From NCBI RefSeq assembly GCF_006345805.1, contig NC_043013.1, positions 8,990,001-9,054,000 of the forward strand: DNA of 64,000 nt, given 5' to 3'. The notes beneath the pieces are model-generated. The model saw only the letters and a program-made list of their open reading frames with translations, was not told where the DNA came from and did no database searches. Made by a program: the position numbers and the translations under genes. This DNA is from Octopus sinensis (Eukaryota). Shown in pieces: positions 12,104 to 23,154 of this stretch (positions within the stretch are counted from its first letter, which is position 1; each line of letters begins with the position of its first letter).

Positions 12104-12470
12104 GGGTTGTCCGGAAAGTTCCTGCCGATTTTTAAAGGAAAGTAAAAGGTCAATAAATACTTGCCATTACATTTTTTATCAACCAAATATGAACCATTTT
12201 GTTGCACAATGTGTCTCCATCTTTCCTTTAACTTGAAAATACCTTCTTCCCAGAATTGAAGTGGTTTCATGGCAAAGAATTCATCAAGGTATCTTTTTAT
12301 GTCATCCAAGGAATTGAAATTTTTACCAGTAGACTATTCTGCAGAGACCTGAATAAGTGGAAATCTGAAGGAGCAATATCTAGTGAATATGGAGGGTGGG
12401 GTAACATATCCCAGCCGAGCTGCAGCAATTTTTGTCTGGTTCCCAAAGCATCAAGTGCTGAAAATGAACA
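12104..12470 (-). mobile_element. Mariner transposase 3' relic with terminal repeat
   Basis: LGWDMLPHPPYSLDIAPSDFHLFRSLQN and, after a frameshift, DDIKRYLDEFFAMKPLQFWEEGIFKLKERWRHIVQQNGSY. Confidence 0.85.
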
Positions 12471-12856
12471 ACCCAATATATATATAGACAATAGGGTTCT
12501 TTCAGTTTCCATCTACCAGATCCACTTGCAAGGCTTTGGTTGGCCCAGGGCTGTGGTAGAAGATACTTGCTGAAGGTGTCACTGGGTGGGATTGAACCCA
12601 AGGCCATATTGTTGGGAAGCAAACTTCTTGCCACACAGCCTTACACTTGTGCCTAGTGACCGAGATCTTTGGCAATACGTGGTGCTTGAGAAGACCTGTC
12701 AAACCAAGTGAAATTGTAGTTGTGGCCAATCCTAGTGTCACGTAACTGGCACCTATGCGAGTGGCACATAAAAGGCACTCGTTACACTCTTGGAGTCACT
12801 GGTGTTAGGAAGGGCATCCAGTGGTAGAGACCATACTGAATCAGATTGGAACTTGT

Positions 12857-13160
12857 GGAGGCACATGGCCTAGTGGTTAGAGCAGTGGACTCACAGTCAA
12901 GGGATCGTGGGTTCGAATCTCAGACCGGGTGATGTGTGTGTTTATGAGCAAAAACACCTAAGCTCCACGTGACTCCAGCAGAAGGTAATGGCAAAATTCT
13001 GCTGACTCTTTCGCCACAACTTTCTTCCACTCTTTCCTCCTGCATCTTGCAGCTCACCTGCGACGGACCGGCATTCCATCCAGGTGGGGAACCTATATGC
13101 CAAGAAACCGGGAAACCGGCCCTTATGAGCCAGGCATGGCTCGAGAAGGAACAAACAACA
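12857..13160 (+). mobile_element. Third tRNA-derived SINE family (ggaggcacatggcctagtggttagagc head)
   Basis: A box tggcctagtgg, B box ggttcgaatct. Related copies at about 34722-34995 and 46868-47165. Confidence 0.75.
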
Positions 13161-13329
13161 AGATTGGAACTTGGTGCAGCTCTCCAGCTAACCAGTTTCA
13201 GCCAGACAACCTGACTTTTGATGAACAGTCAATGGCATTGAAGAGAGTAAAGAGTAAAGTTGCATTTGAGAAAATGTTAGCTGACTTGGAGCACTAGAAG
13301 TCATCAGAATATTGGGAAAGAGTTACCTG

Positions 13330-14063
13330 TATCATGATAATTCGTTACAGGTATGAAAACGCCAGCATCATAACTGCTGCTCAATGCTTATGATCACAAA
13401 GTTGTAAGGCATAACATGGGTATCATGAAAACCAAATTTCCCCAAGTTGTGATGGTCTTTGGGTGTGTCCCCAGTGAAATGCCCCACACCTCTTAACCCT
13501 TTTGTTACCGTATTTATTTTGAGATGCTCTGTGTTTCTTTCAATTAATTATAAATATAACTAAGAATTTAGTAAAATAACTTAATTATCATTAACCTAGT
13601 ATTAGGAACATAAATTGTGACTAAGGTTTGATGGAAGATTTTAATTCAAAACTTATGAAAATAAGACAATTCTACTACAGAGCCAGAGGCAGTTTCAGCC
13701 AGGTTGGTATTGAAAGGGTTAATAGGGCCTTAGGCTCAATTAAGACATCTATGTGAAGCTGCTGGAAACTATCATCAAACCATGACTAGAGAGAGTTGCT
13801 GCTGGAAGGCCATATGTGTAGCTACATGATTCAGTCCCTTACCATACCCCTAGAAAAAGTAACTGGACCCCACCTGCAAGGTCATGTACTGTTTATCTTG
13901 ATATGAGATCACCATGTCACGTGCATATGGTTGTGATGCATGTGCCCGGTGTACCCTTATCAGACGATGGCTAGTCATGATGGGTGTACTGGCTTTTGCA
14001 TATTTTATCCCAATGTCACTTTGATTGAATGCACTGCTCTCTCACTCAATAATAATAATAATG

Positions 14064-14119
<56 letters not shown>

Positions 14120-14490
14120 TATGATGATGATAATGATAGGGGAGGTAGAAAACGACTTTACCAGCCCCAACTTTTGATTTCTTGATTCCCCCAACTGTAA
14201 TCTTATGGATTGCCATGTGGGATGTGGTTGAGGAAGACACCAACTGCTCTACCTCAACACTAAGGCCAAGATGATGGCGAAGATCAAGGTGTTTGAATAA
14301 CTACCCGAAGGGTACAGCAAGGAATGCATACACCAAGTCATGGAACCATCATGAAGCCATCGTAGTGGAAGCTGAGGGTTGCTACTTTTAGTATACTTGG
14401 TGTTTCTCAGCCATAATCTAGTTGATATTTTTTGGATTTTTAAAAACGCATTTATTTTCTTGGATGGTATATTGCTTTCTTTTCCTTTAA
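13330..14490 (+). mobile_element. Degraded maT/DD37D-like (Tc1-mariner) transposase relic, split by later insertions
   Basis: MKTKFPQVVMVFGCVPSE at 13425 and DSPNCNLMDCHV near 14184. Confidence 0.5.
13497..13718. mobile_element. piggyBac-like MITE (222 bp) with TTAA TSD
   Basis: TTAA-CCCTTTTGTTACC...GGTATTGAAAGGG-TTAA. Confidence 0.85.
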
Positions 14491-14508
14491 TGCAAACTGC
14501 ATAAAACA

Positions 14509-14571
<63 letters not shown>

Positions 14572-14718
14572 ATGTAGACAGACAAACATATAGATAGACA
14601 GAATAATGAGAATAAAATGAATGGACATTTCAGTGTATTAATAGATGAAACAAGTGAAAGATGGAAAAAGAAAAACGGAAAAGATTTTATTTTATCATTA
14701 TGTTACTATATGTAAGAA

Positions 14719-15101
14719 CTAGCAGTATCACCCGGTGTTGCTCGGGTTTGTTTCAACCCTTTAGAATTGGAATTTTTGAAAAATAAAAATTTTGCATTAT
14801 GTAGCTTGTTATTCTCTTTAAGTGAACATTTTCCTGGTTGAAATACACCGAAAAATGGCGACACAGCAGTAAAAAAATCGTAAAAAATAGGGATTTGCAT
14901 AGAGAAAAAGCACCTTTCTGATGTAAATAATTTTAGGTCTTCACATGGTCCGATTTGAATTTTTCCTTCTACGGAAGGAAGAGCAAGCCCATACACTCAA
15001 TTTTGGTCAACTTGCACCGCAGGGTCTTGGAGGAGATAGTGTTAGTTGAAGGCTACCAAACCTGCCATACACAGACAACTTCAGCTTTATACATATAGAG
15101 A
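14719..15101 (-). mobile_element. Non-autonomous Helitron
   Basis: Minus strand A|TC start, subterminal hairpin cccgagcaacaccggg, CTAG|T end. Confidence 0.8.
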
Positions 15102-16567
15102 TTTAAAACAATTAGAACTTTTGTGCCAAATTCTGATTTTTACTGTCATAAATACCATCTCATCGTCTACTGCTTTTCAGTGCCTGAATCAATATCTCTT
15201 TCCACCAATTACATTCGTTTCACATCAATTTCTACAAGTTGAATAATATCATTTTTCAATCTGTTAATCATCATCATCATCATCATTGTTTAACGTCCGT
15301 TTTCCATGCTGGCATGGGTTGGACAGTTTGACTGGGGACTGGCAAGCCAGGAGGCCTCATCAGGCTCCAATCTGATCTGGCAAGGTTTCTACAGCTTGAT
15401 GCCCTTCCTAATGCCAACCACTCCTAGAGTGTAGTGTGTGCTTTTTACATGCCATCGGCACATGAGCCAGTCAGGCGGCACTGGCATCGGCCACATTTGG
15501 ATGGTGCTTTTTACGTGCTACTGGCACAGGAGCCAGTCAGAAGGGATGGGGGCTGGCATCAACCATGTTCGGATGGTACTTTTTTCATGCCACCGGCACA
15601 GGGAGCCAGTCTGGCAGTGGAATTTTTTTTTTTCCACAATGCGGTAAAAAGCTTGCTTCTCAACCATATGGTTTTAGGTTCAGTCTAACTTCATGGAACC
15701 TTGAGCAAGTCTCTTTTGCTACAGCTTAGAGCTAACCAAACCCTTGTGAGTAGATTTGGCAGTGGGAAGCTGAAGGAAACTTGTTGTACCTGTGAGAGAG
15801 AGAAAGAGAGAGAGAGTGTGTGTGTGGGTGGGTGTGTGCACACGCGCGTGTGTGTGTGTGTGTGTGTGTGCGTGTGTGTCTGTGCGTGTGTGTGTGTGTT
15901 TGCATCTATGTGTTTGTCCGCTACAATTACTTGACAATCAGCATTGGGTTACTTACATCCCTGTGACTTAGCAGTTCACCAAAAATAACTGATAGAATAA
16001 GTACCAATGATACTTCAGCATTTAAACCAGCAATATCCAACCAAAAAATTCTGCCTGTTTTATGTTCAAACTAACCAGATTTGGCCTCTTACACTTACCC
16101 TACAATGTCATTCTAAAAATAAACAATCACATCGTTGAAATCTCAAAACTAGGAGATAAGGCAGGATTAATTCAAAACAATGAATAAATAAGCATTGGAT
16201 TTGACAAAATAGTCTAAATGCAGTGGAAGAGAAGAAATCCAACATTCTCAGTCCCTGGACCACACTTTTGCTCACTGCTATTGGGCAGAGATGGTTATTC
16301 GCAAGTGGAAGCCCTGTGAGTCAGTGAGGTTGTTCCAGTGCCTCTCCCTCACTTTAAAGTAACACCTTTTCTATTTGATCCACTGAAAACATGAGGCCGA
16401 CTAACAGCCCTTTTTTAGATATTTCTTTGTTGTGAGGAAGAGGAAAGACATGATGATTTAGGCAGTGCTCTTCATCAAGGTAAAAGAAAGAAAAACCCAA
16501 ACAACATTGAAATGAAATTGTCAGCATTCAAAATTTAGATGTTTCTGGAGAATTATACTGGACTATC

Positions 16568-16779
16568 CTGTTGTGTCTGGGGAGAGTCATTTTCTTTTTG
16601 TGCCTTATAATGTAACACACTCACCGGTAAAATTTCCACTTATTTCTTATTTTTATTTTCCTAAAATTTTCGTTGCGTCTTGCAACCTTTTCAATAAGAA
16701 ATAAATGGAAATTTTACCAGTGAGTGTGTTAAATAATTATAAGGCACAAAAAGAAAATGACTCTCCCCAGACACAACAG
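16568..16779. repeat. Asymmetric palindromic element, arms about 80 bp
   Basis: ctgttgtgtctggggagagtcattttctttttgtgccttataat... and its reverse complement; same family as 35721-35987. Confidence 0.85.
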
Positions 16780-17964
16780 AATATGCTTCAACACACGAAC
16801 TTACTTAAAGAATCTTGCAAACCAAATCCAAACACGAAATACTGGACTATATCGTCTCTTAAACCATATATTCAAATATATACAGACACAAATAATTGTC
16901 ATGAGCAATATCATGTAAGTAATTTGGTACGCATTTGTAAACAATACAGTTGAAAATGGTCAGAATGCTGAATGGTTTAAGACACAGTATAACATCATCA
17001 ACGACAGCAATAGCTTGCCAATCAACTGTGTCACTACATTGTGTTAGTCAGCATCATCATCATCATCATCATCATTATCATTTAACATCCGCTTTCCATG
17101 TTGGTATGGGTTGAACGGTTTGACAGTTGCCTGCACCAAACTCCACTGTCTGTTTTGGCATGGTTTTTACAGCTGGATACCCTTCCTGACATCAACCACT
17201 TTATACAGTGGATTGGGTGCTTTTTATGTGGCACCAGCACTGGTGAGGTCTGTTTTGGTATGGTTTTTACATCTGGATGCTCTTCCAAACACCAACCACT
17301 TTACAGTGTAGACTGAGTACTTTTTACATGGCACCAGTACTGACAAGGTCACCAAGCAACTCACAACCCCCACCAGTGCTGGTTCCACATAAAAAAAGCA
17401 TCCAGTTCACACTGTAAATTGGCTAGCATTTGGAAGGACATCCAAATGTAAAGATCATGTCAAAACAGTGAACTAATTCCATGTTGAAACGCAGAACATC
17501 CATTGATGATGTCTTCACCAAAGTGATGACACCTTATTAGAGAACACTTACAAAGAACTTCTTTCAAAGAAAACGACAAAGAACAGATGTTATAAAGGCC
17601 ATCTTTTAAACTTCTTACTATTGCCATTGTTTGATTTAAACTGTACTGAATAAAAAAGCAGAAGAAAATCTATTGTTATATTTCAAGAAGGGCATTTAAA
17701 ATTTTTTTTTGCCAAATAGTCAGAGGCACTATATATCCATTCTTCACTTCAGCTTTATTATTATTCTTATTTTAGCATCCTTTGAGTAAAATATTTCATC
17801 ACACATCCTGTGACCTCTTCAGTGACTCTCCATCCCACGTGTCTCCTCCTGTCCTGCTTAGTCCATTCTCTATGTTTTTATGATTCCAATAATGATGATG
17901 ATGATGATATATAGATATGTGGCAAGGAACTTTGAATAGCAAAATAAAAGTATGCATATTTACC

Positions 17965-17996
<32 letters not shown>

Positions 17997-19331
17997 ACAT
18001 ATCTTTTATCTTTTACTTGTTTCAGTTACTTGACTGCAGCCATGCTAGGGCACTGCCTTGAAGGGTTTTTTAAGTCAAACAAGTTGACCCACAGGATTTT
18101 TTTTTCTTTAAAGCCTGGTTTCTTATTCTATTGGTCTCTTTTACTGACCCACTAAGTTATGGGGATGTAAACACACCAATGCTGGTTGTCAAGCAGTAGT
18201 GGAAGTCAAACACAGACACACACACAGACACACACACAGACACACACACACACACACATATATATAATGGGTTTCTTTCAGTTTCTTATTTCTTTACTAC
18301 CCACAAGGGGCTAAACACAGAGGGGACAAACAAGGACAGACAGAGGAATTAAGTTGATTACATCAACCCCAGTGCATAACTGGTACTTAATTTATCAACC
18401 CCGAAAGGATGAAAGGCAAATTCAACCTCGGTGGAATTTGAACTCAGAACATAACGGCAGACCAAATACTGCTAAGCATTTCGCCTGGCGTGCTAATGTT
18501 TCTGCCAACCAAATCCACTCACAAAGATTTGGTTGGCCCAAGGTCATAGTAGAATATACTTACCCAAGGTGGGAATGAACTCGGAACCATGTGGTTGGGA
18601 AGCAAACATTTTACCAACCAGCCACAGCTGCACCTATATAACAAGCTTCTTTCAGTTTCTGTCTGTTAAATCCCCTCAAAAGGCTTTGGTCCAAATCCCC
18701 TCACAAGGCCATAGTAGAAGACATTTTCCCAAGGTGTCACATAGTGGGACTGAACCTAGAACCATGTGGTTAGGAAGCAAGCTTCTAAGCACCTCACTTT
18801 GCAGTCACATGGTTTCCAGTTCAGTCCCCCTAAACAGCAGCTTAGGCAAATGTCTTCTATTATAACCACAGGTTAACTAATAGCTTGTGAACAAATTTGG
18901 TAGTCAGAAACTGTGTGGAAGCCTGTTGTACGTATAAATGTGTGTGTGTGTATGTGCTTATCTACTACCATCACTTGATTACTGGTGTCGGTTTGTTTAC
19001 ATCCCTGTAACTTTAACAGTGTAGCAGAAGTAACAGTCTTACAAAAATAAGTATGGGGTCTAATTTGTTCAACTGAAGTAAACCCTTCAAGGCGGTGCTC
19101 CAGCATGACCACAGTCCAATTACTGAACAAGCAACAGATAAATGAGATAGATATACACACACAGAGTAGACCTTGTTATAACAGAGTACCAAATTTCAAC
19201 CCAAGGCTATGGCTGAAGAACCAAAGTACTGTGGAATAGGTTTGAACCTGGAAGCGCAATGTTTCTAAGAAAAACTTCTTAACTATACCATAGTACGGTT
19301 TGTACCCATATATGGTAAAAAAAAAGGATAT

Positions 19332-19465
19332 GTAGATCAACGGTAGCTCCTAAATTATCGATATTTGATAGAAACATATATTTGCGACCAGCATTGAGAA
19401 ACTTCTGTAGAAAACCGCATTTGTAAAAACATTCATAGACATCTCCATGACCAGGAGGGTACCAG
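19332..19465 (-). CDS. UGP2: UDP-glucose pyrophosphorylase exon (WYPPGHGDVYECFYKCGFLQKFLNAGRKYMFLSNIDNLGATVDL-H)
   Basis: WYPPGHGD and SNIDNLGA motifs, ctgtttcag acceptor. Ends at a non-GT donor ATATCCTTT (U12). 134 nt, phase 2/1. Confidence 0.97.
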
Positions 19466-19489
19466 CTGAAACAGATATAAAAAGGGTAG

Positions 19490-19885
19490 TAGTAATAGCG
19501 GTAGTGGTGGTGGTGGTGGTGGTGCCAGTGTTGGCATTGATGCAGTGGCAGCAGTGATGATGATGATGATGATGAAGATGGTAGTGATGGTGGTTGCTGT
19601 CGTCGTTGTCATCATAATGGTAGTGATGGTGGTGGTGTTGGTGGTGGTTGTGGTGGTCGTTGCCATTGACATCATTGGTTGTAGTAGTGGTGATGGTGGT
19701 AGCAGTAGTGGCAGTGATCATGATGATGGTGGTGGTGGTGGTGGTGGTCATGGTGGTTGTGGTCTATGTTGTTGTTGTCATGACAACGATGATGGTGGTA
19801 GTAGTAATTGTAGTGGCAATCATAATGATGACGATGATGGTGATGATGATGATGGTGATGGTGATGACGATGACGATATATCTAT
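19490..19885. repeat. Compound trinucleotide microsatellite (GGT/GAT/GTT/AGT)n
   Basis: Fills most of the 561-nt intron 19466-20026. Confidence 0.9.
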
Positions 19886-20026
19886 GTACGTCAGTGTTAA
19901 ATATTTCTGAGAAATAATCGGAAATAGAGCAACAACAACAATGACAGCAATAAGGTATTAATGACAACAAACAACACAATCACAACAATCAACAGCAACA
20001 AGTACAAATATTTCAAGATTACAAAC

Positions 20027-20092
20027 CTCTGTGGATCATCATCTTTAGATTTCGGTAAAGGTAACAGGGATTCTTTGATGATTCTTGGGAAC
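20027..20092 (-). CDS. UGP2: UDP-glucose pyrophosphorylase exon (R-FPRIIKESLLPLPKSKDDDPQ-S)
   Basis: [YF]PRI.KESLLP motif, caaaatag acceptor, gtttgt donor, 66 nt, phase 2/2. Confidence 0.95.
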
Positions 20093-20306
20093 CTATTTTG
20101 AAAAAAAAAAGGAAAGAAGAATAATAAAAGTCAGAGGTAAAAAGATTGAAATGCATTTTGTAATTGATGTCTATGACTATATGGTTTGGCAGCTTGCTTC
20201 TTAGAATGAAATGTTGGGCAAGTGGTTTTTATTATAGCGCTTGGGCCAACAAAAGCCTTGTGAGTAGGTTTGCAGAAACAGAAACTGAAAGAAGTCCATT
20301 GTGCAT

Positions 20307-20346
<40 letters not shown>

Positions 20347-20914
20347 AAAAATGGGTTTGTATGACATATTGTTTCCCATTATTCTTTAAAAAAAGAAACT
20401 TTTGGAAGACTCGGAATAATCTATGCAATATTATCAATTGGTCTCATAGGATTTATTGTTTGAGCACATCATATATTCACATATATTTGTATGATTGTGT
20501 AATAAGGGATATATATTATTCAAAGGAATTCCAACTCTGTTTTTTTATGTTTTATTTATATTCTTTATAATATTAATGTAGAATATAGAATATATAGTAT
20601 AAATAGTATATATAGTAAAATGAAATGAAGTATTGATTGTCTTATTGAATAGATGAAATGTTGAATATAAAATATTAGGGCACTAGTATAGTTTCATGTG
20701 TTATAGCAGTCTTCAAGGTCCCAGGTTGTGACAGGTGTGTTGCATAGATATGTATATACGTATAAGGAGAGATGACCACTAAGTGGACATCCAATATGCT
20801 AGAAATCGATCACCTATGATTTAACCACAAAGAAAAGAATGTCCTCTAGAAAAATTCAGCAAACACCAGAACATAAGCGGGTAAGACAAATGAAAATATA
20901 CAAAATAAAGAATT

Positions 20915-20983
20915 AATTGTAGACCGGTTTCGCTATTAACTACTTCACTTACGTAAAAACATCCATGGCTCATCAGTATGATC
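20915..20983 (-). ncRNA. Minimal hammerhead ribozyme motif, intact core with eroded stems
   Basis: Minus strand: cata CTGATGA GCcat...atagc GAAA CCGG TC tacaat. Palindromic stem III ACCGGT and GUC triplet; stems I and II have mismatches. Confidence 0.7.
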
Positions 20984-21561
20984 GTTCTAATTTAATATAA
21001 TTTGCAGAACTATATATACAACAGCAATAGTATATTCAATATAATATTCAATATAATATTCTATTTATCGCCCTCATTATTGTGTGCGTGTGTGTGTATA
21101 TATATATATATATATACACATACGTACATACATATGTATATGTGTATACATGTGTGTGCATATACATATATATAAGCAATATATATAAGCAATATATATA
21201 TGCAATATATATATATACATATATATATGCAATATGTATATAAGCAATTTTACATTAATCTGAGGTGTTACTCTATACTTTTTAAGGTTACCAAATTAAT
21301 CATTCTTAAACAAGAGTATTGTTGACTGGGATTTTGAAGCTTAAGAATAATAGACGCATATATATATATGAAAAACACGAAAATATTTTTGTAAATTAAA
21401 TTTAAATGTTGAAGTGAATCTAACGGTTTTTGTGTGTTTTTAAATGGCTTATAAACACCTTCCATACTGCAATTGTTTTTGTTTCAGCACACGATCTAAG
21501 ATCAGGTCACTTGCTATGCAAGTACATCTCCGTAATATATATATATATATATACATACATT

Positions 21562-21620
<59 letters not shown>

Positions 21621-21703
21621 AATATTAGGGAATAAATCCAAATTTACAGGGGAAAATCAGATTTAGGATTGAATCTAATTTTATAGTAAAATATTATATT
21701 ATG

Positions 21704-21863
21704 TTATATTAGAAACAAAACCACTATTATGCAAATCAAACAAAGAAAGTCTTAAGCCAATACATAAAATAATTGTTAAATTTAATTTGTATAAATTATT
21801 TTATGTATTGGCTTAAGACTTTCTTTGTTTGATTTGCATAATAGTGGTTTTGTTTCTAATATA

Positions 21864-21864
<1 letters not shown>
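21704..21864. repeat. Perfect 71-bp inverted repeat with 19-nt spacer
   Basis: 21704-21774 is the exact reverse complement of 21794-21864. Confidence 0.92.
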
Positions 21865-21931
<67 letters not shown>

Positions 21932-22744
21932 TATACACATACACACACATTTATATACACTGTGTGTGTGTGTTTGTGTGTGTATTAGTGTCTTATTGCT
22001 GTGACATCCTGTAATGGTTGTAAACAAGTGTTACCAAGTAAACTGTGTCCATTGTTTCTGACCTTCCAGGAAAACCTGTTTGGAACATGGGGAAATATTT
22101 TGAAAAGGGAGAAATATTACCTTTTTAGGAAACGGGAGGATTGGCAGCAGAAAGGGCATCTGGCCATAGAAAATACACATCAATAAATTCCATCCAACTC
22201 ATGCAAACATGGAAAAGTGCATGTTAAAACAATAATGAAGATGATGAGTAACGAGTAAACTTAATTAACACTGATGGAAGATGTGGACGACTGATATGAG
22301 TAAAATAAGACCTTGTCGTTGTTATTTTAAAAATGAAACACACAAAATCAATACAACCAGCCAATAATGAAACTTTAACCTCCACAGAATAAAATTCGTG
22401 AATCTCTAAAAACCAAATTAATCAGTTAATACAAGCTGACTTGCGAAAATCTCTAGAATCAGTCTCAATACACAAGTGCAATAAAACCACATATTGAATC
22501 ACGGCACCACAATGATCTAGGGATTAACAAATCAAAGAGAGGATCAGCTCACACAGCAAGCTACTCAGCATGCACTCTAAGTAACATCTTGAAACAACAA
22601 TCAACTTATTTCTTTTTGTCTGCAAAAGTCTCAATGACAAGAAGGACATAAAGAATATTCTGGCTATAAAAATTTTATTCCGGCAGTTTACTTTTTTTTT
22701 TTTACTTATAGATTAGTAGTCAGTGTCAGCTGTTTGTGGAATAT

Positions 22745-23154
22745 CTCTCTTACTCTTTTACTCTTTTACTCGTTTCAGTCATTTGACTGCGGCCATGCTG
22801 GAGCGCCGCCTTTTAGTCGAGCAACTCGACCCCAGGACTTATTCTTTTGTAAGCCCAGTACTTATTCTATCGGTCTCTTTTGCCGAACCACTAAGTAAAC
22901 GGGGACATAAACACACCAGCATCGGTTGTCAAGCAATGCTAGGGGGACAAACACAGACACACAAACACATATATATATATATACAAATATACGACGGGCT
23001 TCTTTCAGTTTCCGTCTACCAAATCGACTCACAAGGCATTGGTCGGCCTGAGGCTATAGTAGAAGACACTTGCCCAAGGTGCCACGCAGTAGGACTGAAC
23101 CTGGAACCATGTGGTTGGTAAACAAGCTACTTACCACACAGCCACTCCTGCGCC
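22745..23154 (-). mobile_element. Dominant SINE, full-length copy
   Basis: Same head, body and tail as 587-991. Confidence 0.85.

Larger units (their letters stand above)
11084..19331 (-). other. UGP2: U12-type (minor spliceosome) AT-AC intron, 8248 nt
   Basis: 5' site ATATCCTTT (19331-19323), branch site TTCCTTAAC (11101-11093), 3' end ..tctctgaAC at 11084. Joining gives GAT CTA C|AT ATT TTG (DLHIL) in frame. Confidence 0.95.

Noticed and set aside
12857-12935. tRNA-like heads of SINEs (also 30912, 34722, 46868)
   Set aside because: Each continues into a shared SINE body and lacks a closed acceptor stem, so they are not tRNA genes.
19350-19979. Several long His/Thr/Val/Met-rich ORFs on both strands
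   Set aside because: They are translations of the trinucleotide microsatellite; the real coding exon is in another frame at 19332-19465.
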